A stretch of 64,000 nt of DNA, from the NCBI GenBank assembly GCA_015059445.1, contig SVAK01000003.1, positions 55,058 through 119,057 on the forward strand, read 5' to 3'. How positions within the stretch are numbered: position 1 is the first letter of the stretch; each line of letters starts with the position of its first letter. Shown one piece after another: positions 30,401-38,896 of this stretch. Position numbers and translations under genes: made by a program. The DNA is from Bacillota bacterium (GTDB lineage Bacteria > Bacillota_I > Bacilli_A > RF39 > UBA660). The notes below the pieces were generated by a model. That model searched no databases. It had not been told where the DNA came from and saw only the letters and a list, made by a program, of their open reading frames with translations.

Positions 30401-31768
30401 GATAATGTATATCGTGCTGGTACTATTGGTACGGTTGCAGAAAAAACTGCTTTTGGTTTCGTAAAAGGTTATTGTGAAGATAAAAATATTATCATGCGTG
30501 GAATAGAAGTTGAAAGGCTAGCTGCAGGTTGCGTTGGTGTTAAAAGGACAACTGGACAACACCCTGGTGGAATAGTAGTTATTCCAGGATATATGGACGT
30601 TTATGATTTTACACCATATCAATATCCTGCTGAAGATGTTGATGCTGCATGGAGAACAACACACTTTGATTACCATGCAATTGATCAAGATGTATTAAAA
30701 TTAGATATCTTAGGTCATACCGATCCAACTCAATTACGGATGTTACAAGATTTAACTGGAATTGATGTTAAAACAGTACCATTTGATGATAAAGAAACTA
30801 TGGGATTATTCTTATCGCCAGAACCTTTAGGAGTTACTAAAGAACAAATAATGAATGATACAGGGACTTTAGGAGTTCCAGAATTTGGTACTAACTTTAC
30901 AATTGGAATGCTAAGAGATACTAAACCAACTACTTTTGGTGAACTTATCAAAATATCTGGTTTATCTCATGGAACTGATGTATGGCTCGGTAATGCTCAA
31001 GAATTAATTCGAAAAGGAGTTGTTCCTTTTAAAGAGGTTATTGGATGTCGGGACGACATCATGGTATTCTTAATGCAAGCTGGTATGGAACCTTTAAAAG
31101 CCTTTAAAATTATGGAATTTGTTAGAAAAGGTAAGGCAAGTAAGGATCCAGAGGGATGGTCAAAGCACAAAGCTGCTATGGAAGAAGCTGGTATACCAGA
31201 TTGGTATATTGGCTCATGTGAAAAAATTAAGTACATGTTCCCTAAAGCCCATGCTTCAGCATATGTTATGAGTGCTTTTAGAATTGCTTGGTTTAAAGTT
31301 CATCGACCTGCCGAATATTATGCTTCATATTTTTCAACAAGGTTTGATGATTTTGAAATAGAAACAATGATTAAAGGATATGATGCAATTAAAGCAAGGA
31401 TTAATGATATAATTGGTAAGGGATATGAAGCTACAAGTAAAGAAACATCACTTTTAGAAACATTGAAGCTAGCTCTTGAAGCTACTGCTAGAGGTTTCAA
31501 GTTTGGTAATATAGATGTAGAAAGAAGCCTTGCTAAAAATTATGTAATTGATGAAGATGGCAAAACTTTAATATCACCATTTAGAACACTGGATGGTTTA
31601 GGAGATGCCGTTGCAAATCAAATAGTAGAAGAAAGAAATAAGAAATCATATTATTGTATTGAAGATTTTCAAAACAGAGGTAAAGTAAATGCTTCTACTA
31701 TGGAAAAGTTAAGAAATCTAGGTGTATTTAAAGGAATGCCAGAATCAGCTCAACTAAGTTTATTTTAA
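27443..31768 (+). CDS. polC: DNA polymerase III PolC-type
   Basis: 1441 aa. It has a PHP domain (LHVHTMMSAMDG), an inserted DEDDh exonuclease (FVVFDTETTGF) and a Zn module (CPNCKH...CPKCG). Confidence 0.95.
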   Translation: MDELKRFLNSINFEYTDDLQDTEIMKVVLNRETKVYNVYLKSKYVLSYELVTDLFNHAKRGINGKDKCYLEMVYDNITTEDLEAYIKSILNAVVFEHPSLMGLENSFTKEEDNTIYLEVGSNAEVKALENYQDEIITHLRNYGLGDFLINISINEQIKEEIKKEIEASKEVKPEKKEDSPVIFGFHKDGEVTQIKNIMGEQKNIIIEGYVFGIDNSERKGQKATAYIINLKVSDKTDSFLVKFVRFKEEEYKQILKGLKVGKWFRIVGNVEMDNYLRQMVLNGRSIEAIKSKDIAVTDEEEEKRVELHVHTMMSAMDGVIEAKKLVKHAKSLGHKAVAVTDHDCLQSYPELYHAVCDINYGIENEEDKFKVIYGAEMSIVNNENDLIHNLRDYDLLETEFVVFDTETTGFTPYTDQIIEIGAVKIKNGEITDRFDELINPGRKLPEKIIELTNITDEMLEDKDTEENVTKRFMEFIGDLPMVAHNAKFDIGFISAAYNKYNLGEFSNTVLDTMSMARMLYPNWKNHKLSTLVKQLEVPWDEDAHHRADYDSEGTAIGFYKMCKTLYNRNIETTKKLYDSVDLEELLKFSRPFHMSVLVKNRTGLKNLFKIISFANTKYLFKGDQPKLPRDELNAHREGMLFGSGCVNGEIFEAAFTKEDEELAKMMQYYDYIEVQPPEVYSYLVDMESSPIKSLADIYTHIKKIVKVAEEAGVMVCATSDAHHLTREDKIYRDIIANQRFNGKLHPLNKRGITIPDMHFYTTREMLDAFSFLGEEKAKEIVVINPNKIADQCEIVEVIIETGGVPFSPKIENSAQIVEDMVYNKAKDWYGDPLPDNIRDRIEQELKGIIGGGFDVIYLIAQKLVKKSNDDGFLVGSRGSVGSSFVATMMGITEVNPLPSHYRCPNCKHSIFKNDDGEDLAIEFGIGFDLPDKDCPKCGVKMIKDGEDMPFATFLGFNADKVPDIDLNFSDLNQAAAHEYTKVLFGEDNVYRAGTIGTVAEKTAFGFVKGYCEDKNIIMRGIEVERLAAGCVGVKRTTGQHPGGIVVIPGYMDVYDFTPYQYPAEDVDAAWRTTHFDYHAIDQDVLKLDILGHTDPTQLRMLQDLTGIDVKTVPFDDKETMGLFLSPEPLGVTKEQIMNDTGTLGVPEFGTNFTIGMLRDTKPTTFGELIKISGLSHGTDVWLGNAQELIRKGVVPFKEVIGCRDDIMVFLMQAGMEPLKAFKIMEFVRKGKASKDPEGWSKHKAAMEEAGIPDWYIGSCEKIKYMFPKAHASAYVMSAFRIAWFKVHRPAEYYASYFSTRFDDFEIETMIKGYDAIKARINDIIGKGYEATSKETSLLETLKLALEATARGFKFGNIDVERSLAKNYVIDEDGKTLISPFRTLDGLGDAVANQIVEERNKKSYYCIEDFQNRGKVNASTMEKLRNLGVFKGMPESAQLSLF

Positions 31769-31798
31769 TCATAGAAAGAATAGGAAAGGAGTTTATAG

Positions 31799-31882
31799 GT
31801 GAAAAATAAGAATCAAACTATTGGAATAACTATGCTACTAGTAGTAATTTTATTTTTAACAGCAGCATTGTTTAGTATTTAG
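31799..31882 (+). CDS. Small hydrophobic peptide (27 aa)
   Basis: GTG start with an AAGGAG RBS 8 nt upstream. The product is MKNKNQTIGITMLLVVILFLTAALFSI and has a single TM helix. It sits directly after polC and before a terminator. Confidence 0.4.
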   Translation: MKNKNQTIGITMLLVVILFLTAALFSI

Positions 31883-31900
31883 AGTATTAACAATATCGTA

Positions 31901-31928
31901 AAAAAAGAACAAAAATGTTCTTTTTTTT
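31901..31928 (+). terminator. Terminator after polC and the small peptide
   Basis: Stem AGAACA/TGTTCT with loop AAAA, followed by a T8 run. Confidence 0.7.
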
Positions 31929-32079
31929 AGTAAATTTGCTAGTAAGTAACAAATATTAAAACTAAAGTGTTTAAATTTAGAAAACAAATTGACTGAATTT
32001 AATTTATGCATGTACTAGAACAAAGTAAATATGCATAAATAATTATAAAAAATATTTGCATAATAATACTGGTGATTAT

Positions 32080-32838
32080 ATGAATTATCAAACTGCAATA
32101 TCTTTTGGATTAGTACATATACCTGTACTTATGAATAGCGCTATTAAAAATAATGATATATCTTTTAATATGTTACATAAAAAGTGTGGTGAGAAATTAG
32201 AATATATTAGATATTGTCCCAGCTGTAAAGAAAAAGTTAAAAATGCTGAGATTGAAAAAGGATATGAGTATACTGACGATAATTTTATAACGTTTACTGA
32301 AGATGATTTTGATAAATTAAAAAGTGAAAATGATAAAGTAATAGAAATTATTTCTTTTGTAGATATTTCTGACATAGATCCAATTTATTATGATAAGAGT
32401 TATACATTAACTCCTAATAAAAGCACTAAATCATTTAATTTATTTAAAGAAGCTTTAAGGAAAAGTAAAAAGGTAGCAATTGCGAAAACATATATACGTA
32501 ATAAAGCTTATTATGTTGTAATTAGATTTGGCTATGAAAATATAATCATGGATACACTTTATTATGAAGAAGAAATAAAAATGCAAAAAGAAAAAACTAA
32601 AAAGGAATTTAATGATACTGAATTGAAAACAGCTATACAACTAATTGATGCTATGAGCGATGAATTCAGGCCAGAAGAATATATTGATGAATATCAAACT
32701 AGACTTAGAAAAGCTATTGATAAAAAAATAAATGGTAAAGAAATTAAGCAGTATAAAAAGAAAAAGCAAAGGAGTATTAGCGATTTAATGACAGCGCTAG
32801 AAGAATCTTTGAGGGAACAGAAAAATGGAAAAAAATGA
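32080..32838 (+). CDS. ku: Ku protein (NHEJ DNA end-binding)
   Basis: Counted from the ATG at 32080, the product begins MNYQTAISFGLVHIPVLMNSA..., which is a Ku core. There is a Lys-rich C-terminal tail. Confidence 0.85.
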   Translation: MNYQTAISFGLVHIPVLMNSAIKNNDISFNMLHKKCGEKLEYIRYCPSCKEKVKNAEIEKGYEYTDDNFITFTEDDFDKLKSENDKVIEIISFVDISDIDPIYYDKSYTLTPNKSTKSFNLFKEALRKSKKVAIAKTYIRNKAYYVVIRFGYENIIMDTLYYEEEIKMQKEKTKKEFNDTELKTAIQLIDAMSDEFRPEEYIDEYQTRLRKAIDKKINGKEIKQYKKKKQRSISDLMTALEESLREQKNGKK

Positions 32839-33715
32839 TTTCTTAAAATTAAAACCAATGCTTTTAGACGAAATATTCAAACCATTTAACGATAAAGATT
32901 ATTTGTTTGAAATTAAATTTGATGGTATTAGATCCTTAATATTTATTGATAAGGAAAAAATATTTATAAAAAGTAGGAGAAATATTATATTAAATGATAC
33001 TTTTCCAGAATTATTAGACATTAAAAATATAAGTAACGAAACATGTATTTTTGATGGTGAAATTGTTTTACTAGAAAATGGTAAACCATCTTTTTTTAAA
33101 TTACAAGAAAGAACTAGACTTAAAAATAAATATCGTATTAATGAGATGAAAGAAAATAATCCTGTTGCTTTTATATGTTTTGATATTTTATATAAGAATA
33201 AAGATTTAACTAAATTACCACTTCTTGATAGAAAGAAAATATTAGATAAATACAATGATAATAATATTTTTATTAAATCAAAATATTTTGAAGAGAAAGG
33301 TAATGATTTATTTAAATTTGTAAAGAAAGAAAATTTGGAAGGCATTATAGCGAAGAAAAAGATGAGTAAATATTATTATAATATTAGAACTAAAGAATGG
33401 ATTAAAATAAAAAATTTTAAAGAAGAGGAATTTTATATTTCGGGATTTATTATAACTAAAAGTGATAATGTAGTCAGTGCATTATTATCAGAAAAAATTA
33501 ATAATAAATATGTTTTTGTGGGAAAAATACTTTTTAGTCATAAGAATAAAGATTATGAAAAAGTTATAAATTCAGATTCTGTTAAAAATTATTTAGAAAA
33601 TTGTGAAGATAATGCAATTTTTATTAAACCAATCTATAAATTAAAAGTTAACTATATGGAAAGAACTAAAAATAATATGTTAAGGCAACCATTTGTTAAT
33701 AAAGATAATAAATAA
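32825..33715 (+). CDS. ligD: ATP-dependent DNA ligase (ligase-domain-only LigD)
   Basis: It has motif I EIKFDGIR (KxDGxR) and an OB-fold C-terminus. 296 aa, overlapping the ku stop. Confidence 0.8.
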   Translation: MEKNDFLKLKPMLLDEIFKPFNDKDYLFEIKFDGIRSLIFIDKEKIFIKSRRNIILNDTFPELLDIKNISNETCIFDGEIVLLENGKPSFFKLQERTRLKNKYRINEMKENNPVAFICFDILYKNKDLTKLPLLDRKKILDKYNDNNIFIKSKYFEEKGNDLFKFVKKENLEGIIAKKKMSKYYYNIRTKEWIKIKNFKEEEFYISGFIITKSDNVVSALLSEKINNKYVFVGKILFSHKNKDYEKVINSDSVKNYLENCEDNAIFIKPIYKLKVNYMERTKNNMLRQPFVNKDNK

Positions 33716-33811
33716 TTTATCTTTTTTTATTGTTTTAATAATTATTTACAAGAAAATATGATAAAATTATTTAAGAAGACATGTATTATTTTTAAATAAG
33801 GAGTTTTAATT

Positions 33812-34330
33812 ATGGATATATTTGTACCAGATATGTATCAAAAAAGCATATATACTATAAATTATAAAAAATTAAAAAAGAACGGAATTAAATGTTTATT
33901 ATTTGATTTGAATAATACTTTAGCTAGTTATGAAGTTGATTTCCCAGATAATAAGTTGAGAGAATTAATATTTGAACTAGAAAAAGATTTTAAAGTGATT
34001 ATTGTATCTAATAGTCCCAAAGATAGAGTAAGACCTTTCAAAGAAAAATTAAATATAGATTCATCTTTTTCATCAGGAAAACCATTTAAGAAAAAATTTA
34101 AAAAGATAATGAATTTATATGGGTTTAAAGATACAGAAATTGCGATGATTGGTGATGAATTATTAACTGATATTTGGGGTGGAAATAAAATGAAATTCAC
34201 TACTATATTAGTTAATGGTATAAGCGAAGATGAACCATTTCATACTAGAATAATTAGATGGATTGAAAGAAAGATTATTAAAAGATTAAATAACAAAGGA
34301 ATTTTGTTTAAAGGGGAGTATTATGAATAA
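33812..34330 (+). CDS. yqeG: YqeG-family HAD phosphatase
   Basis: It has the HAD motif I LLFDLNNTL. 172 aa, in conserved yqeG-yqeH order. Confidence 0.75.
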   Translation: MDIFVPDMYQKSIYTINYKKLKKNGIKCLLFDLNNTLASYEVDFPDNKLRELIFELEKDFKVIIVSNSPKDRVRPFKEKLNIDSSFSSGKPFKKKFKKIMNLYGFKDTEIAMIGDELLTDIWGGNKMKFTTILVNGISEDEPFHTRIIRWIERKIIKRLNNKGILFKGEYYE

Positions 34331-35210
34331 ATGTATTGGTTGCGGAATAAAGTTGCAAAATACAAATAAAGAAAAATTGGGTTATACAAAAAACTTAGAC
34401 AACAAATATTGTGAAAGATGTTTTAAAACAATTCATTATAATGAAGAAAAAAAAGTTACTAATTTAGATAATACTAAAATAATAAATAAAATAAATAAAT
34501 TGGGATTTTTTACAATATTTATTACCGATTTAGTAAGTATTAATAAAGAATTAATTAAAGTATTCAAAAGTATTAATAATAATAAAATATTAGTGATAAA
34601 TAAATGTGATATTATTCCAGGTAATTTAAAGTTAGAACATATTGAAGAGAATATTAAAAGTAATTTTAATATAAATGATGAAATTTGTTTTATAAGTGCT
34701 AAAAAGAATTTATATTTAAATAAGATAATTAGTTTAATTGAAGAAAAAGAAAATGTTATATTATGTGGGGAAACTAGTAGTGGTAAATCAACATTAATAA
34801 ATAATTTAATAGGTAGTAATTTAACAACGAGTCATTATAGTAATACAACTTTAGATTTTATTAAATTAAAATATTTAGATTATTGTATATATGATAGTCC
34901 TGGAATTATAATTAGTGAAAAGAAAAATAATACTGAAAAAATAGTGGTTAGTACAAAACAACTTAATGATAGTTATGTTTTAAGTGTTGGTGATATTAAA
35001 TTAAGATTAAATGGTAATTTAACTTTTATAGTACCACATAATTTAAAAATAACTAGTAAAAAGGAAGATATTCAACTAGAAAGTATTATAGAAATAAATA
35101 AACCAAGTGATATTGAATTGCCAAACGGTGGATTTATTTTCGTTAAAAATTCATGTATAATAAAATCCAATAAAAGTTTAGGAGTTAGAAATTCAATAAT
35201 AGGTAAGTAG
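34323..35210 (+). CDS. yqeH: Ribosome biogenesis GTPase YqeH (circularly permuted)
   Basis: It has an N-terminal Zn finger CIGCG...CERCF and a permuted GTPase with G4 (INKCD) ahead of G1 (GETSSGKST). Confidence 0.75.
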   Translation: MNKCIGCGIKLQNTNKEKLGYTKNLDNKYCERCFKTIHYNEEKKVTNLDNTKIINKINKLGFFTIFITDLVSINKELIKVFKSINNNKILVINKCDIIPGNLKLEHIEENIKSNFNINDEICFISAKKNLYLNKIISLIEEKENVILCGETSSGKSTLINNLIGSNLTTSHYSNTTLDFIKLKYLDYCIYDSPGIIISEKKNNTEKIVVSTKQLNDSYVLSVGDIKLRLNGNLTFIVPHNLKITSKKEDIQLESIIEINKPSDIELPNGGFIFVKNSCIIKSNKSLGVRNSIIGK

Positions 35211-35219
35211 GTAGTAGTA

Positions 35220-36941
35220 ATGAGCGTAATAAAAGTAATGAGTGAAAATTTAGCTAATAAAATTGCTGCAGGTGAAGTTGTCGAAAAATGCGCATCTGTT
35301 GTAAAAGAACTTGTGGAAAATAGTATTGATGCTAAAGCTCAAAGTATTAAGATAAATTTACTTAAAGGCGGATTAGAAGAAATTACAGTCATAGATGATG
35401 GAACTGGTATGGATGAAAGTGATGCAATACTTGCTTTTCAAAGGCATGCTACTAGTAAAATTTATAAAGATGATGATTTATTTTTTATTGATACTTTAGG
35501 ATTTCGTGGTGAAGCATTACCATCAATTGCATCAGTTTCTGAAGTTGTTTTAGAAACTTGTCAAAAAGATGTTGGTACCCTTATTCATATTAAAGGTGGT
35601 ATGTTAATAGAAAAAAGTAACAGTAGTGCGCGTATAGGAACCAGAATTACTATAACTAATTTGTTTTTTAATACACCAGCTAGATTAAAATATTTAAAAA
35701 GCGAGCAAACAGAACTGGCTAATACTGTATCTTTTATTGAAAAATTGTCTTTAGCTAAACCAGATATTTCATTTACTTTAACCAATAATGGAAGTGTGAT
35801 TGTTAAAACTAGTGGAAGTGGCAATTTAATAAAAACTATTCATGAAATATATGGATTGCAAGTATCAAGTAAAATGTTAGAAATTAAAGCTTTAAACGAT
35901 GATTTTGAAATTAAAGGATTTATATGTAAACCAGAAATACTTAAGGCTAGTAGAAATCATCTAATTACTTTTATTAATGGAAGAGTAGTTAAAAATAATG
36001 ATATTAATCGCGCGATTAATGATGCATATTATACATATAAACCTGATGGTAAATATCCAATTGTTGTAATTAACATTGAAACTGATCCAACTTTAGTAGA
36101 TGTAAATATTCATCCAACTAAACAAGATGTTAAGTTGAGCAAAATAGATTCTTTATATAATTTGATTTATGAAACTATGAAAAGAAGATTGTATGATAGT
36201 TTATTAATACCGGATGCAATTTCCAAAAAAGATATTGATAAAATAAAAGATAGTTTTGCGCCAGTAGAGAATTACAAAGAAGTAGAAATAAAACAAACTA
36301 CTTTTGACTTTGGTGAAAATAATTCTTCTGAAGTAGTAAAAAACGAAGAATTCAAAAGTTTAGTTTTATATCCGATTGGACTAGCACATGGTACTTATAT
36401 TATTTGTGAAAATGATGAAGGACTATATTTACTTGATCAACATGCTGCTCAAGAGCGAGTAAATTATGAAAAATATTTAGAAAATTTAAAAAATGAGGCA
36501 GTAAATATAACTAGCATGTTAGTTCCAATTAATATTGAATTTTCTCAAAGTGAATATATTACATTTGTAAAGAACTCTAATATATTCGAAAATATGGGAT
36601 TTGAATGGGTAGAATTTGGAATTAATACTGTTTCTGTTAAAGCACACCCCACTTGGTTAAAAACTGGTTATGAAGAGGAATCAATTAGAAAAATAATCGA
36701 TTTAATAATTACTATGAATAATGATTTTGATGTAATTAAATTTAGAGAAAATGTGGCAATAACATTGGCTTGCAAAATGGCAATTAAAGCTAATGAACAT
36801 ATTTCGATGATGGAAATAGAAGGGCTCCTTAAAAATTTAGTTAAGTGCGATAATCCTTATAATTGTCCACATGGCAGGCCCACAATTATTAAATTTAGTA
36901 TATATGATTTAGAAAAAATGTTTAAAAGAGCAATGAATTAA
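35220..36941 (+). CDS. mutL: DNA mismatch repair protein MutL
   Basis: It has a GHKL ATPase N-terminus (ENSIDA..., GTGM) and a C-terminal endonuclease motif DQHAAQERVNYE. Confidence 0.9.
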   Translation: MSVIKVMSENLANKIAAGEVVEKCASVVKELVENSIDAKAQSIKINLLKGGLEEITVIDDGTGMDESDAILAFQRHATSKIYKDDDLFFIDTLGFRGEALPSIASVSEVVLETCQKDVGTLIHIKGGMLIEKSNSSARIGTRITITNLFFNTPARLKYLKSEQTELANTVSFIEKLSLAKPDISFTLTNNGSVIVKTSGSGNLIKTIHEIYGLQVSSKMLEIKALNDDFEIKGFICKPEILKASRNHLITFINGRVVKNNDINRAINDAYYTYKPDGKYPIVVINIETDPTLVDVNIHPTKQDVKLSKIDSLYNLIYETMKRRLYDSLLIPDAISKKDIDKIKDSFAPVENYKEVEIKQTTFDFGENNSSEVVKNEEFKSLVLYPIGLAHGTYIICENDEGLYLLDQHAAQERVNYEKYLENLKNEAVNITSMLVPINIEFSQSEYITFVKNSNIFENMGFEWVEFGINTVSVKAHPTWLKTGYEEESIRKIIDLIITMNNDFDVIKFRENVAITLACKMAIKANEHISMMEIEGLLKNLVKCDNPYNCPHGRPTIIKFSIYDLEKMFKRAMN

Positions 36942-37283
36942 TTAATATATTTGATTTTTTGGTATATACTTTTATTTACACTTTTTTTACATCAACCTTT
37001 AATTTATTTTTATCTTATAGTCTTAATCATTATATAATTTATGCATATGATAGTTATTAATTTTTAATATAATTTTGAAAGGGTGAAATTAATAAATGTC
37101 GAAGAAACAAAAGAAAAATTAGGAGAAAAGCTACTATTTCTGATACTAGTGGGTTTAGACCAGCATATTAATATACGAGAGTCCGTTGCTTGGCAACTCT
37201 TTGAAAAAAACAATGAGTATATAAAATGATACTTTTTATTAGATAATAAATTAACAATTTTAAAATTATAGGAGATGATAGTA

Positions 37284-37916
37284 ATGTTAGGAAAAGATCA
37301 ATTAGAAATATATAAAAAACAAATAAAAAACAATCCGCAATTAGAAGAAGTTCTTTCTTTTTGTAATTTTGAATTTAGGGATAATATTGATGTAAAAGAA
37401 GACATATTAATTTGCGGTGAAGAAAGCAATTATGAAATTTATCCATTTGGTAAAGATGGTTGTGGATGTACTTATGCATTATTAAACAACCAATATGTTG
37501 GTTTTATCTCAAGTGCAGGTGGTTGTGGTATTATTGCAAACAACATAAAAGATTTTTTTAATTTTTTAGCTGTTATTAAAAACATAGAATCTTATTTTGT
37601 AAAAGGAGTTTTTGATAATTTGGAAAATTTTAATGATACGTTTAAAATGGCATCAGAAGATTTTTTGGATTCAATAACAAGATTTGGAAATTATTCATAT
37701 GATGTTTCAATTCAAGCTTTAGAAAAATTTATTATAGATAATGGTTTTGTAACTGATAATGCTATTATGTATGAAAAATTAAAATCAGCTCTTATTACTG
37801 AACCATCATTTGTGCTTCGCGCAGATCCTAGCGAATATGAACCATGGGATGATGTTTTTTATACTAATCAAAAATACATCAATGAATTAAGAGAAAAAAA
37901 AGTTAACCATGATTAG
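37284..37916 (+). CDS. Hypothetical protein, tentatively SMI1/KNR4 (SUKH)-like
   Basis: The segment FGKDGCGCTYALLNNQYVGFISSAGG resembles the G-DG-G core of SUKH immunity-type proteins. The likely start is the ATG at 37284, which follows an AGGAG RBS. Confidence 0.4.
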   Translation: MLGKDQLEIYKKQIKNNPQLEEVLSFCNFEFRDNIDVKEDILICGEESNYEIYPFGKDGCGCTYALLNNQYVGFISSAGGCGIIANNIKDFFNFLAVIKNIESYFVKGVFDNLENFNDTFKMASEDFLDSITRFGNYSYDVSIQALEKFIIDNGFVTDNAIMYEKLKSALITEPSFVLRADPSEYEPWDDVFYTNQKYINELREKKVNHD

Positions 37917-37991
37917 ATAAAAATTAAATGAAAAGCCTTAAAACTTGAAAAAAATAGGTAGTTATAATAAAATAAATTTAGGTGAAAGAGT

Positions 37992-38423
37992 ATGAAAGAC
38001 ATTTTAAATGAATTTAAAAAATTTATTTCAAGAGGTAACGTATTAGATTTAGCTGTAGGTGTTATTATCGGTAGTGCTTTTAGTGGTATTGTAACATCTT
38101 TAGTAAATAACATATTTACGCCATTAATTGGAATTATATTTGGTGGTGTTGATTTTTCGGGATTATCTATTACCATTAGGAATGCGCAAATTATGTATGG
38201 AGCTTTTTTGCAAAGTGTATTCGATTTTTTAATTACAGCAGTTTGTTTATTCATAATAGTAAAAATAATTAATAAAATTAATAATGACTTATTGCAAAAA
38301 ACAAAGAAAAAAAACGAAGAAGAAAAAGTGGAAGTACCTAAAAAAAGTGATGATATAATATTACTTGAAGAAATTAGAGATTTATTAAAAGATAATAATA
38401 AAAAGAAAGGAAAGAGCAAATAA
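37992..38423 (+). CDS. mscL: Large-conductance mechanosensitive channel
   Basis: It carries the MscL signature FISRGNVLDLAVGVIIGSAFSGIVTSLVNNIFTPLIG. Confidence 0.92.
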   Translation: MKDILNEFKKFISRGNVLDLAVGVIIGSAFSGIVTSLVNNIFTPLIGIIFGGVDFSGLSITIRNAQIMYGAFLQSVFDFLITAVCLFIIVKIINKINNDLLQKTKKKNEEEKVEVPKKSDDIILLEEIRDLLKDNNKKKGKSK

Positions 38424-38635
38424 TGTTAGAAAATATATTATATTTGGTTGGCGGTTTAGTGGGAGGCTTAATTTTAGGGTTCTTTTTAGCAAGATTCTTT
38501 ATGAAAAAGTATTTAACTAAAAATCCTCCAATTAACGAAAAAATGATTGAAACCATGATGAGTAGTATGGGAAGAAAACCAAGTCAAAAACAAGTTAAAC
38601 AAGTTATGAATCAAATGAATAGACTCAATAAATAA
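38423..38635 (+). CDS. yneF: UPF0154/YneF-family small membrane protein
   Basis: 70 aa. It has the TM helix LYLVGGLVGGLILGFFLARFF, then ...NPPINEKMI...MGRKPSQKQ. Confidence 0.7.
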   Translation: MLENILYLVGGLVGGLILGFFLARFFMKKYLTKNPPINEKMIETMMSSMGRKPSQKQVKQVMNQMNRLNK

Positions 38636-38648
38636 TTTGATAATAATA

Positions 38649-38677
38649 TTGTCAATTGAAAAAATATTTGGTATATT
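38649..38677 (+). promoter_or_regulatory. Promoter of the T-box leader
   Basis: TTGTCA (38649-38654), a 17-nt spacer, then TGgTATATT as an extended -10 (38669-38677). Confidence 0.5.
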
Positions 38678-38683
38678 AATGGC

Positions 38684-38885
38684 ATAAATCGATGAAGAAA
38701 GATTAGTAGCTATAGAAGTTTTTTTAGAGAGTTAGTGGATGGTGAAAACTAATAAAAAAGAAATAGTGAATCTACTTTCTGAGAGTATTTAATAAATAAC
38801 GGGTAGTTTACGTTATAAACTAATAAGTAATATATTGGATGGTACCGCAGAATTGCTCCTTGAGTTTTTTGCGGTTTTTTATTTT
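38684..38885 (+). promoter_or_regulatory. T-box riboswitch leader with a serine (UCU) specifier
   Basis: It has the GA motif ATCGATGAAG, the AGAGAG plus GTGGATGGTGAAAAC Stem-I distal elements, and GAA-UCU-A as a specifier-loop candidate (38768-38774). The T-box sequence AATATATTGGATGGTACCGCAG lies at 38829-38850. The terminator is ACCGCAG...TTGCGGT followed by a T-run. Confidence 0.65.
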
Positions 38886-38896
38886 TGGAGGTTCAT

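Noticed and set aside
32899-33345. 148-aa minus-strand ORF within ligD, plus similar antisense ORFs at 1404-1592, 4474-4689, 10954-11217, 12115-12324, 15464-15685, 19865-20077, 20917-21102, 23334-23612, 30730-31500, 32088-32640, 33928-34200, 35585-35824, 38374-38556, 39512-39697, 43354-43560, 44206-44421, 50139-50435, 51646-51873, 58584-58805 and 60764-61075
   Set aside because: All lie antisense to, or in an alternative frame of, confidently assigned genes. They lack RBSs and have low-complexity composition.
37913-38419. 168-aa minus-strand ORF overlapping mscL
   Set aside because: It is antisense to the unmistakable mscL gene, and the protein is low-complexity (poly-F/L/S). It is an artefact of AT-rich sequence.
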